From Vulcanimicrobiota bacterium (GTDB taxonomy: Bacteria > Vulcanimicrobiota > Xenobia > Xenobiales > JADMJV01): a stretch of DNA of 64,000 nucleotides. The DNA is taken from contig JBFWNU010000005.1 in the NCBI GenBank assembly GCA_050250895.1, positions 384,001 to 448,000 on the forward strand, given 5' to 3'. The position numbers were made by a program, and so were the translations under genes. Positions 1 to 9,357 of this stretch are shown here, piece by piece (the stretch's first letter is position 1; every line of letters begins with the position of its first letter). The notes under the pieces were generated by a model, which saw only the letters and a program-made list of their open reading frames with translations, did not search any database and had not been told where the DNA came from.

Positions 1-1
1 C

Positions 2-475
2 GTGGCCAGCGCAGACGGTATCACCGGACCGGGGGAGTATCAGCAACCGGATGGAGTCTACTGTCTTTCGATTCCCTCTGGTTGGTCGACGACGCCGGGG
101 ACCCCGGCGACCGAGCTGATGATGCGTAAGGACGGCACCGGCCTGCAACCGCGCCTGACGGTGCGCCTGGAGAAGGGCGGCTATACGCCCACGAAGGACT
201 CGGTGGAAAAGGACTTCGAGCAGTTCGAGAAGCTGTTTCCGGATCACCAATTCAAGCTGACCAGCGTGAAGAAGGTCAAGGTGGGCAAGATGGCTGGATT
301 TCGCCTGGTCGGCACCGAGAAGGGGCCGAAGGTGTACACCACCCACGTGATGCAAAAGCTGGCGATGCCCGACGGCCGGGTCCTCAATGCCCACGGGCGG
401 GCCGAGTCCGCGAGCCAGCAGGCGAGTAGCGCCAGCAAAGAATTGCTCGAGATTCTCGATAGCATGAGGCCTTAA
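2..475 (+). CDS. hypothetical protein, probably 5'-truncated by window edge (PsbP/DUF1795-like fold possible)
   Basis: Open frame from window start, typical codon usage, 'YCLSIPSGW' PsbP-like motif; stop 1 nt before the next gene. Confidence 0.55.
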   Translation: MASADGITGPGEYQQPDGVYCLSIPSGWSTTPGTPATELMMRKDGTGLQPRLTVRLEKGGYTPTKDSVEKDFEQFEKLFPDHQFKLTSVKKVKVGKMAGFRLVGTEKGPKVYTTHVMQKLAMPDGRVLNAHGRAESASQQASSASKELLEILDSMRP

Positions 476-476
476 G

Positions 477-974
477 ATGGACTACCGCCAGGCGGAGCCG
501 GTTGCCGGCTCTGAGTTTCACTCCGACCCGAACCAGGGGATTTATCGGGGCGAACTGGGCGAAGCTGTCTACAAGCGGGCCGATTCGATGGTCGTGGTCG
601 AGGACGAGCCGTGCCATCACAACCCCGCCGAGCAAGGCGATCGGGCTGGCCACGGTCGCACCTTGACCCGCTGGGTCTTTTCAGAAGACGGATCTAAGGC
701 CGAGGGGCTGACCCACTCCGGATTCAACCTCCTGGTCGATTTCTATCTGGAACCGGGGGTAGCCGTGGGGCTGCACCCTCACCACGACAAAGAGGAAGTC
801 TACTATGTTCTCGAGGGCGAACTGGACGTGACGACCGAGACCAGCCAGGGGGCGGTATCGGCGCGGCTTGGCCCGGGCGACGCCCATTTCATCCGCCTGG
901 GGCAGTCTCACTATGCCGTGGCCGGGCCGGCGGGGGCCAGAGCCATCGCCGTCTGCTTCAGTAGCGCTCGATGA
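477..974 (+). CDS. cupin domain protein
   Basis: Cupin motifs HPHHDKEEVYYVLEG and PGDAHFIRLGQSH. Confidence 0.85.
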   Translation: MDYRQAEPVAGSEFHSDPNQGIYRGELGEAVYKRADSMVVVEDEPCHHNPAEQGDRAGHGRTLTRWVFSEDGSKAEGLTHSGFNLLVDFYLEPGVAVGLHPHHDKEEVYYVLEGELDVTTETSQGAVSARLGPGDAHFIRLGQSHYAVAGPAGARAIAVCFSSAR

Positions 975-1575
975 CCTCGGTGTAGCGGACCGAGCCGATC
1001 TGGCTAGCGATCTGCCATTCTTCATTAGGGCCCATGGTGATGGTCTGGCGCAGGGGCGAGTCGCCGAGCTTGCCATAGACCTCGACTTGATCACCCTCTT
1101 TCACGACCTTCGCGGCGTAGCGTTGGCCTCCGACCTCGCCACTCATGTAGGCCAGGTGAAAGCCGTCGTTGCTCATGTCAAGAGCCAGCGAGGTCGAGAA
1201 CTCGACACTGCCGGCCTCGCCGTCGACTCCGAAGCCTCGTCCGCCTCCGCGCAGCAGGCTATCGATGGGGCCTCCCGGCGTGTCGCCGACGGTGCGGCGG
1301 CCGCGGGGGGCGGGCACGGCCTCGAGAGTGAAGGGCTGGCCGTTCATCTCGCCGGTGTAGTCGAGCTTGCGGTCGCCGGGCCTTTGCTCGTAGGTCATCA
1401 CCTGGTCGTCGCTAGTCACGGTTACGCGGCCGGCCAGAGGGCCGAGCACCAGGCCCACCCACAGGTCCGCCCCGGGCATGACCATGGCTTCTTCGGGCGT
1501 GTCGATAGACGACAAGTCGAAGGCAGGTTGTGAGAGCGAGCGAGGGCGGACGGTCACTGAACCGATCATAGGCAC
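958..1575 (-). CDS. hypothetical beta-rich protein
   Basis: 205-aa ORF with coding-like composition; convergent with the cupin gene. Confidence 0.6.
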   Translation of the reverse strand: MPMIGSVTVRPRSLSQPAFDLSSIDTPEEAMVMPGADLWVGLVLGPLAGRVTVTSDDQVMTYEQRPGDRKLDYTGEMNGQPFTLEAVPAPRGRRTVGDTPGGPIDSLLRGGGRGFGVDGEAGSVEFSTSLALDMSNDGFHLAYMSGEVGGQRYAAKVVKEGDQVEVYGKLGDSPLRQTITMGPNEEWQIASQIGSVRYTEVIERY

Positions 1576-1635
1576 CTCGAAGCGGAGCTTAGTGGATCAA
1601 CCGAGCCGGGATGTTACCGGCAAGCGAACATCGGG

Positions 1636-3390
1636 TCAGACGCAGGTCGTGACCAGCTTGTCACAGCGAGACCCCAGTTCGACCAGCGAGTAAGGTTTGG
1701 GCAGAAAGTCCGAGCGAGCCGGACGCTCCTGGAGCCGTTCTTCAGTATAGCCCGAGACCAGCAGAATCGGCGTCTGCTCGTCGATTGACCGGATTCGGCC
1801 GGCCAGCTCGTTGCCGTCCATGCGGGGCATGACCACGTCGCTGATGACCAGGTCGAAGGTTCCTGGTCGGAACAGCTGCCAGGCCTCTTCGCCATCGGCC
1901 GCCTCGGTGACCTGGTGCCCGCGCCTGCGTAAGAACTTGCAGAGCACAGCTCGCACCGAGCTTTCGTCTTCGGCCACCAGGATCTTGAGGTCCTGGGTTG
2001 GAGACGGTGGGAGCGAAGGGTCGAGCGCTGGGGCGAACCTGGCCAGCACCAGTGGCAGGCTCACCACGAAGCGCGTCCCCTGGGGGAGGGGCTCGGCCCG
2101 GACGCTCCCGCCCTGCTCGCGGGCCAGGCGGTGTACGATGGTCAAGCCCAGGCCGGTTCCGTCTTCTTTGGTGGTGAAGAACGGCTCGAAGAGGTTTTCC
2201 AGGTCTTCCAGGCCCGAACCCGTGTCGGTGACGGTGACCTGCACTTCCGTGTCGACCTGGGCTAGACCCAACACCAGCCTACCCTGGCCCTGCATGGCCT
2301 GGTCGGCGTTGACAAAGAGGTTCAGCAGAATTTGGTAGACGGCCGAGAGGTTGACGGCCACTCGCGCCTCAGGGCACTGGTTCTCGAGGCAAAACTCGAC
2401 CCCGCCCGAGAGCGAGCGTCGCAGCAGACCGGTCAGTTCGCTCAATAGCTCGTGGGTGGTGAAGACGCGGCGATGGTTGCGGGCTTGCCCGGTCATGTCG
2501 GCCAGGCGCAGGGTGAGTTCGGCCGAGCGGCGGACCGCGTTCTCCATGTCGGTCAAGACTTCGCGATCGTCGCTGGCCAGGGCCGGGTCTTCTTCGATGA
2601 GAGTCAAGTGGCCGCCGATGGCCGTCAGCAGGTTGTTGAACTCGTGGGCGATGCCGGCCGTCAGGCGCCCGAGCGACTCGATGCGATGCTGGTGCCAGAG
2701 GGCCTTTTGCAGGGCAGCCTCGTCCATTTTCATCTGGCGCACCCGTTCGAGGCGATCTTCGAGTTCGAGGGAGCTGTTCTTGACTTCCTCGTCCAGACCG
2801 TCGCGCAGGGTCCGGCTCAACCCCAGTGCCTGGTTGAGCGAATGCTGAACTTTGACCTGATCTTGAAAGGCTCTGAATTGTTCGGCCAGGGCGGCCAGGC
2901 GCTCGGTGTACGAGACCCAGGCTAGCAACACCGCTACCAGCACCACGATCGGGGCTAGCCCCAATTCGCCGGCGTAACTGGCGCAGGCAACCCAGGAACC
3001 CAGCACCAGTGAGCCGTTGGCCAGAAAACAGCGGGTGCGGGTCTCGGTCACGCCCAGGGTCACCAGCAAGAGCAGAAAATAGGCTGTGTGAGACACCTCT
3101 GGCTCGAGCACTTTGCCCATCAGAGTCGCGGCGCTCAGCACGGCATAGCTGAGGAAGGCCAGGGGATTCGCCAATTGCGAGGGCAACCTCGGCAATTGGG
3201 TAAGCTTGAGATAGCCGACGTAGAAGATGGCCAGAAACAGGTCACGCCACAAGAGAGACTCCATGATCTCGGCCGGCGCCTGAAGCGCGTCGCTGATGGT
3301 GATCAGCGCCATCGCCATCAAGACCAGGCGCGAGGTCTCGCAGAGACCGTACAGCTTGAGCCGATTGAGGTGCTCGTCAAATGGAGTCAT
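1636..3390 (-). CDS. membrane hybrid sensor histidine kinase/response regulator
   Basis: TM helices, H-box GIAHEFNNLL, N-box NLFVNA, DTGSG, FEPFFTTK-GTGLGL, C-terminal REC (ILVAEDE...DVVMP...KP); start moved to ATG 3390, overlapping the upstream gene. Confidence 0.92.
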   Translation of the reverse strand: MTPFDEHLNRLKLYGLCETSRLVLMAMALITISDALQAPAEIMESLLWRDLFLAIFYVGYLKLTQLPRLPSQLANPLAFLSYAVLSAATLMGKVLEPEVSHTAYFLLLLVTLGVTETRTRCFLANGSLVLGSWVACASYAGELGLAPIVVLVAVLLAWVSYTERLAALAEQFRAFQDQVKVQHSLNQALGLSRTLRDGLDEEVKNSSLELEDRLERVRQMKMDEAALQKALWHQHRIESLGRLTAGIAHEFNNLLTAIGGHLTLIEEDPALASDDREVLTDMENAVRRSAELTLRLADMTGQARNHRRVFTTHELLSELTGLLRRSLSGGVEFCLENQCPEARVAVNLSAVYQILLNLFVNADQAMQGQGRLVLGLAQVDTEVQVTVTDTGSGLEDLENLFEPFFTTKEDGTGLGLTIVHRLAREQGGSVRAEPLPQGTRFVVSLPLVLARFAPALDPSLPPSPTQDLKILVAEDESSVRAVLCKFLRRRGHQVTEAADGEEAWQLFRPGTFDLVISDVVMPRMDGNELAGRIRSIDEQTPILLVSGYTEERLQERPARSDFLPKPYSLVELGSRCDKLVTTCV

Positions 3391-4783
3391 TGGTGCTCTC
3401 CTCAAACCAGACCTGGAAGGTCGAGCCACCGCCCGGGCAACTGGAGGCCTCGATCTTGCCACCGTGCTGGTCGACGATGCCTCGCACCGCCGACAGACCC
3501 AGGCCCGACGTAATGGCACCCCGCTTGGTCGAGTAAAAGGGCTCGAAGAGCTGGTGGGAGAGTTCCTGGCGAAAGCCGACTCCGCTGTCGGTGAGGCGAA
3601 AAGCGACTCCAACGGCTTGACGGTATACGGTCAGGCTCAACCGGCCGCCATTGGGCATGGCTTCACAGGCGTTGGTCACCAGATGGAGCAAGACCTGTCC
3701 GAACTGCATCCCGTCAACCCGGATCACGGCCTCGGGACATTCCACTTCGAGGTTCGTTTCGATGCGTTCCTGGACGAAGCACATAAGCGTTGGCCAGTGC
3801 TCCTCGAGCAGGTCCGCCACCCGCCAGGGGCGGATCATCAGCTCTTGCTTGCGGCTGAAGGCCACCAGCTTGCGGGTAAGGTCGCTGGTGCGCTCGACCA
3901 GTGGGCGCAGGGCCGTAAGGCACGACGACGAGGCCGGCGAGAGGTTGGGAACTGCTTCGAGCAATTCCAGGCCGCCGCCCACCACGGTTAGCACGTTCTT
4001 GAAGTCGTGCGCCACCGAGCCGGCCAGGTTGCCGAGCGAGTCGATGATCTTGGCGTTCTCGAGTTGTTGGCGCAGTTCGCTCTGCTCTTGAGCGCCGCGT
4101 TCAAGTTCTTGCAGGGCGCTCAGCAGTTGGCTTCGCTTCTGGGCCACCCGGTGGGCCAAAACGCTACGGCTTTGTTCCACCGTAGCAATGGCGGCCTCGA
4201 GTCGCTTGCTCTGCCGGCCGACCTTCTGCGAAAGCCGAAACTGCTCGGCTAAAACGTGGCGTCTTAGCTGCAGAAACATCGCCGCTGCCCCCAGGGCGAT
4301 GACGATGATCGAGCCGTGCTCGAGTAGCTTGGGGTCATTGCGGGCCAGCACGACCAGGCAGGTGCTGGCGGCCGTCAGTCCGGCCAGACTGGCCCAGAAC
4401 CGATCCAGGACCAGGACCCCCACTGCCAGGATCAACACCTCGAAGAGCTCGGTGAAAATCTGGACGCCCCTCAGCCTGTGGCTGAGCAGGATGTTGGCGC
4501 TGCAAACGGCAGTCAGCAACAGTGTCAGAGGATTGGCCCACTCGGCCGAGATCTCCCGTTGGAGCAGGGCCAGGCACAGGGCGACGGTGGCTGCCGTCGA
4601 AAGATAAATCAGATAGACTCCCGGAGCCGGCGCTTGAGCCTCGATCGGCAAGAAAACGAACTCGACCAGAATCATGGCCACCAGAATGCGGCCCATCGAT
4701 TCCCGCACGATTTCGCGGAAGTAGCCCTCGACTTCCGGCGCTTCCGGACGCAACCATTCGGCGATGCCAAAGATATTGGCCAC
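3377..4783 (-). CDS. membrane sensor histidine kinase
   Basis: TM helices, VAHDFKN H-box, DSGVG, FEPFYSTK, GLGLS. Confidence 0.92.
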   Translation of the reverse strand: MANIFGIAEWLRPEAPEVEGYFREIVRESMGRILVAMILVEFVFLPIEAQAPAPGVYLIYLSTAATVALCLALLQREISAEWANPLTLLLTAVCSANILLSHRLRGVQIFTELFEVLILAVGVLVLDRFWASLAGLTAASTCLVVLARNDPKLLEHGSIIVIALGAAAMFLQLRRHVLAEQFRLSQKVGRQSKRLEAAIATVEQSRSVLAHRVAQKRSQLLSALQELERGAQEQSELRQQLENAKIIDSLGNLAGSVAHDFKNVLTVVGGGLELLEAVPNLSPASSSCLTALRPLVERTSDLTRKLVAFSRKQELMIRPWRVADLLEEHWPTLMCFVQERIETNLEVECPEAVIRVDGMQFGQVLLHLVTNACEAMPNGGRLSLTVYRQAVGVAFRLTDSGVGFRQELSHQLFEPFYSTKRGAITSGLGLSAVRGIVDQHGGKIEASSCPGGGSTFQVWFEESTNDSI

Positions 4784-4903
4784 GTTCGTCCCCCTTCACT
4801 CGGGTGATTGCCCCTGGGGGCCGACGACCCTTGCGTCATTCGGAGTTTGGGAGCGAACAGACGTTTCGGAGGGCCGGACCGGTGCGAGATTGAATTTCCT
4901 TCT

Positions 4904-7027
4904 ATGAGTTCTACCTATCGAGTCGGCATCGATGTCGGCGGCACTTTCACCCACGCCGTGGCGATCGACAACGCTACCCTTAAAGTGGTGGCCCACCACG
5001 TCACCCCCACCAGCCATTCGGCTGAAGAAGGGGTGGCTCGCGGCATTCTCGAGGCCTTTGCCAGCCTGCAACAGAAGCTGCCGGAAGGCCATCGCATCGT
5101 ATTTCTGGCCCACAGCACCACCCAGGCCACCAACGCCCTGCTCGAGGGCGATGTGGCCCGAGTGGGCATCGTGGGTCTGGGCAGCGGGCTAGAAGCCGTC
5201 AAGGCCAAAGCCGACATGGCCGTGGGTGACATCGAACTCTCGCCCGGCAAGTTCTTGCACAGCGGCCTCGAGTTTCTGGCTCCAGACGGCAATCTGACTG
5301 CGGCCATCGCTCGCCATAAAGAGGCCGGCGCCGGGGCGCTGGTGGCCGCCGAGGGGTTTTCGGTCGACGATCCCCGGGGTGAGTTGCGGATCATGGAAGC
5401 CTCTCGTCGGGCCGGCTTGCCGGCCTGCGGCACCCACGAGATGTCGGGGCTCTACGGTTTGCGGGTGCGCACTCGCACCGCCGTGCTCAACGCCAGCATC
5501 CTGCCCAAGATGATCCAGACCGCCGAGATGACCAGCGAGGCCCTGCGGCGCAAGGAAGTCGACGCGCCCTTGATGGTCATGCGCAGCGACGGGGGAGTGA
5601 TGAGTCTCGACGAGGTGCGCCGGCGGCCGGTGATGACCTTGCTTTCGGGTCCGGCGGCCGGAGTGGCCGCGGCCCTCATGTTCTTGAAGGCCAGTGATGC
5701 CATCTTTCTCGAGGTGGGCGGCACCAGCACCGATATCTGTCTGGTGAAGGACGGACGAGCCGCCGTCAAGTCGGCCAGTATCGGCGGACACCCCACCTAT
5801 CTCAAGACCCTCGACAGCCGCACCCTGGGCATTGCTGGCGGCTCGATGATCGGGCCCGGCGCTGGCGGGCTCGAGGTTGGTCCTCGCAGCGCCCACCTGG
5901 CCGGTTTTCCCTACGCAGCCTTCGCCGAACCGCTGAGCGGCCCGCTCAAGGTGGTCGAAGTGCGACCGCTGGCCGATGACCCGATCTACTTCGTGGTCGA
6001 AGACGAGAGCGGACGCCGGGTGGCTCCCACCACCACCTGTGCCGCCAACCTGCTGGGCTATATCCAGCCGGGCGACTATGCGGCCGGCAATCTCGAGGGG
6101 GTGCGAGCCGTCTTCGAGGCCCTGGCCACCAAGCTGGGGGGAAGCGCCGACGAGGTGGCCCGCCGGGTGCTTGACCGGGCGGCCGAAAAGGTGTTGCCTA
6201 CGGTCAAGCAACTGATCGACGAATACAAAGTGGGCGATCGCGCGCTCAAGCTGCTGGGGGGCGGGGGAGGGGCCGGCGCCATCGTGGCCTACCTGGCCGA
6301 AAAGATGTCACTGCCCTTCGAGATCGCCGACCGGGCCGAAGTGGTCTCGGCCATCGGGGCGGCCCTGGCCATGGTCAAAGAGACCATCGAGAAGAATATC
6401 GTCAATCCGTCCCAAGAAGACCTGGCCCAGCTGCGGGCGGCGGCCGAGAAGGCGGTGGTGGCCATGGGGGCCGACCCCTCCACCGTTGAGGTCACGGTCG
6501 AGGTCGACAGCCAGAAGAACCTGGTGCGAGCCTCGGCCACCGGCTCGGTCGAGTTCGTGGCTCAAGACCTGCTTGAGTCGGACCCCGGCCCCGAAGAGCG
6601 TTTGGCCACTCTCAAAGAGGCGGCTCCCAAAGAGCAGGCCTACACCCCTCTGGGGCAGACCGATTTCTATTACCTCTATCGCAGCGACCGGGAAGAGCGT
6701 TATCTGTTTAACCTGATGCGTCGCACCAAGAGCACCATCTGGGTGACCGATGGGCGGGGCAACGTGAAATTGCAGGTTCCCGGAGGCAAAGTGCAGCAAA
6801 CGGTGGGCGAGCGCATGCTCGACAGTCTCAAACAGGTGCTGGCTCAGCACACCCAATACGGCGACGCTGGCGCCATCATTCCGGCCGTGCATGTGGTGGC
6901 CGGACGCAAGCTAGCCGACCTCACGGCTCTGACGGCTGCCGAACAGGCGGTGGCCCTGGCTCGCGAAGAACTCAAGACCATCTCGACCGCCGAGCCCATC
7001 TACTTCCTGATTCATCCGCCCAGCTGA
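4904..7027 (+). CDS. hydantoinase/oxoprolinase (HyuA-like) family protein
   Basis: GIDVGGTFT, HSTTQATNALLE, SGPAAG, EVGGTSTD motifs; ATG 4904 preferred. Confidence 0.9.
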   Translation: MSSTYRVGIDVGGTFTHAVAIDNATLKVVAHHVTPTSHSAEEGVARGILEAFASLQQKLPEGHRIVFLAHSTTQATNALLEGDVARVGIVGLGSGLEAVKAKADMAVGDIELSPGKFLHSGLEFLAPDGNLTAAIARHKEAGAGALVAAEGFSVDDPRGELRIMEASRRAGLPACGTHEMSGLYGLRVRTRTAVLNASILPKMIQTAEMTSEALRRKEVDAPLMVMRSDGGVMSLDEVRRRPVMTLLSGPAAGVAAALMFLKASDAIFLEVGGTSTDICLVKDGRAAVKSASIGGHPTYLKTLDSRTLGIAGGSMIGPGAGGLEVGPRSAHLAGFPYAAFAEPLSGPLKVVEVRPLADDPIYFVVEDESGRRVAPTTTCAANLLGYIQPGDYAAGNLEGVRAVFEALATKLGGSADEVARRVLDRAAEKVLPTVKQLIDEYKVGDRALKLLGGGGGAGAIVAYLAEKMSLPFEIADRAEVVSAIGAALAMVKETIEKNIVNPSQEDLAQLRAAAEKAVVAMGADPSTVEVTVEVDSQKNLVRASATGSVEFVAQDLLESDPGPEERLATLKEAAPKEQAYTPLGQTDFYYLYRSDREERYLFNLMRRTKSTIWVTDGRGNVKLQVPGGKVQQTVGERMLDSLKQVLAQHTQYGDAGAIIPAVHVVAGRKLADLTALTAAEQAVALAREELKTISTAEPIYFLIHPPS

Positions 7028-7395
7028 TGAGGGTGGTGGAACGCGCTTTAGCTCGAGTCGAGGGCGGTCCGCTCGAGGCGCTGACCGCGCGGGGGTTCGA
7101 GCTGGTGGAGGCTGACCTGCGCTACGGCCCGGTGGTCTTGCGTGGTCGCATCGACCTCAACAGCAAACGACTGACCTATGACCCCACCGTGCTCGCCGGG
7201 CTGGGCCAGGCCATGCGCTGGAAGGGGCTGGCCGGCGACCCCTTCGAGATCATGCTCGCCCACGAGCTGTTTCACCTGCTCGAGCCCGGTTGCCGCGACG
7301 AAGACCAGGCCCACGAGTTCGCGGGCCGGCTGCTGGGTCTTGATTACCATCCGCGCGAGTTAGACGCGCTGGAACGGGAGTACCGATGCCGTTAA
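7027..7395 (+). CDS. small HExxH (zincin-like) protein
   Basis: AHELFH followed by E..A..FA, as in ImmA/IrrE-type metallopeptidases; translationally coupled to both neighbours. Confidence 0.65.
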   Translation: MRVVERALARVEGGPLEALTARGFELVEADLRYGPVVLRGRIDLNSKRLTYDPTVLAGLGQAMRWKGLAGDPFEIMLAHELFHLLEPGCRDEDQAHEFAGRLLGLDYHPRELDALEREYRCR

Positions 7396-8954
7396 GAATT
7401 TTGCTGTTGATCGCTTTGCTGGGCTCGCTGGCCCAGGCCGATACGCTGCTGGTGCCCATTGACGACCGGCCTGCCAATCTGCTGTTCGTGCGGCAATTGG
7501 CCCGGGTGGGCGGAGAAGAACTGGTGGTGGCTCCTCGGCATTTGCTCGGGCGCTTCTTGCGACCTGGCGCCAGCGACACCCTGGTGGCCTGGCTCGAGGC
7601 CACGGCCCGCTCAGGCGATACGGCCTTCGTGTCGTCCGACATGCTGGCCTATGGTGGGTTGGTGGCTTCGCGCAATCGCGAAACCCCGGCCGAACTGGCC
7701 CTGACCCGCTTGAGCGTGCTCGAGCGGTTGGACGGAGTCGACCTGCAGGTCCTGGCCACTTTGCCCCGCCTGTCCTTGCGCACCTCGGACGGCCAGGCTC
7801 CCTTCGAGCGCAAGCTGGCCGAGTGGGCCACCAAGCCGGGACTCGAGCCCCCGGCCGATGTGCCCGCCGAGATCGTCGCCGAGTATCTGGCCGTGCGCCA
7901 GCGCAACCTTGGAGTTCTGCTGCGCCTGGTCGAGATGGCTCGCCAGGGCAAGCTTGCCCGGCTGGTGATCGGACAAGACGACTCGCACAAGACGGGCTTG
8001 CACCAACAAGAGCAAGAGCAGTTGCTGGCGGCTATCGATGGCGACCCGCGCATCACCTTGATTTCAGGGGTCGACGAGCTGACCATGGATATGCTGGCCG
8101 GGCATTTGCCGGGTAAGCCGGTGCCGGTGCGGGTCGTCTATTCGGATCCCGAAGCGGCCGACAAGGTGCCCCCCATCGAAAGCTTGCCCCTGGGCCAGAT
8201 GGTCGAGCAACACCTGGGGCTGGCCGGGGCCAGACCCGTAGACGACGATTCGGCCGAGGTGGACCTGTTCATCTATGTGCCCTCGGCCAAGCCGTGGAAC
8301 GTGCCGGGGGAAGAGGGCAAGCCCCCGGCCCAGGCCTTTCTCGAGCAGGTCAAGCAGGCCCAACAGGCCGGCCGGCGGGTAGCCGTGGCCGATCTGTCGC
8401 TGGTCAATCGCATGGATCCCTTCCTGGCCGAAGGGGTGCTCGAGGAGCTCGATTTGCCGAGGTTCGCGGGGTTTGCTTCCTGGAACACTCCGGCCAATAC
8501 GGTGGGCACGGTCATCGCCCAACTGGTAGCTCATCGCCGGGCCGAGACCTCGGCCTGGAACGTCTATCGTCGGCTGGAAAGCGAAAAGACCCACCAGGCC
8601 TTTCTCCTGGCGCGGATGATCGACGATTACGGCTATCAGACGCTGGTGCGCGATGCCGTGAAGGGTCAGGTGAACGGATTGCCCTCTGACCCCGACCCGT
8701 TGCTCAATCTTTATGGCCCGGTGGGAGTCGACATTCGTCTCCGTCTCATCGAGTTCGCCCGCCGCCTCTACGACGAGCATTTCAAAGGTCACGAGATCGA
8801 AGTAGCCCCACTGCCCGAAGCCTATCGCTTCGGGCGCATGGAGCTAGAAGTCGTCTTGCCGTGGCCGCGCATCTTCGAGGTCGAGGCGCGTCTAGATGTG
8901 CGCCTCGAGTCGGTTCAACGCAAGTCGACCAGCATCTCTTCAGGGATCCGGTAG
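7386..8954 (+). CDS. DUF4127 family protein with signal peptide
   Basis: PIDDRP, DMLAYGGLVASR, GQDD, GVDE, ASWNTPANTVG, PWPRIFE motifs. Confidence 0.85.
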   Translation: MPLRILLLIALLGSLAQADTLLVPIDDRPANLLFVRQLARVGGEELVVAPRHLLGRFLRPGASDTLVAWLEATARSGDTAFVSSDMLAYGGLVASRNRETPAELALTRLSVLERLDGVDLQVLATLPRLSLRTSDGQAPFERKLAEWATKPGLEPPADVPAEIVAEYLAVRQRNLGVLLRLVEMARQGKLARLVIGQDDSHKTGLHQQEQEQLLAAIDGDPRITLISGVDELTMDMLAGHLPGKPVPVRVVYSDPEAADKVPPIESLPLGQMVEQHLGLAGARPVDDDSAEVDLFIYVPSAKPWNVPGEEGKPPAQAFLEQVKQAQQAGRRVAVADLSLVNRMDPFLAEGVLEELDLPRFAGFASWNTPANTVGTVIAQLVAHRRAETSAWNVYRRLESEKTHQAFLLARMIDDYGYQTLVRDAVKGQVNGLPSDPDPLLNLYGPVGVDIRLRLIEFARRLYDEHFKGHEIEVAPLPEAYRFGRMELEVVLPWPRIFEVEARLDVRLESVQRKSTSISSGIR

Positions 8955-9259
8955 ACCCCCTCGGGACCGAACATGAAGAGCACGTTATCCTGGCGCAAGA
9001 ATCGGTAGGTTCCCTTGAGCTTCACGGTCACAGGGTCGGCGGCCCAGCTGGATTGGCCTTTGAAGGCCTCATTGGGCACTTCCACCAGTTTGCCGTCAGG
9101 CAGTCGGACCACCCGATGAGTCGAGGAGGTGGAGAGCACAATCGCCGGCATGATGATCTGGTCTTTGATATTCAGGTCGGCCGGTCTGGTGGCGTCGGCG
9201 GCCCAACCAGTCGAGAAAAGCGTTGCCGTGAGTGCTAGAATTGCCAGAGTGTGTCGCAT
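8915..9259 (-). CDS. hypothetical secreted protein
   Basis: Signal peptide (ending GWA-A), AGGAGG RBS upstream. Confidence 0.7.
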   Translation of the reverse strand: MRHTLAILALTATLFSTGWAADATRPADLNIKDQIIMPAIVLSTSSTHRVVRLPDGKLVEVPNEAFKGQSSWAADPVTVKLKGTYRFLRQDNVLFMFGPEGVYRIPEEMLVDLR

Positions 9260-9357
9260 GTCGACCTCCTATGGCTCTAGAATAGGCTAGAATCGCCTCC
9301 TTTACGGGCTTCTGCCGCAGCTTCGGGGGGCATCCCCGGGGATAGTTCTGGGGCGGC

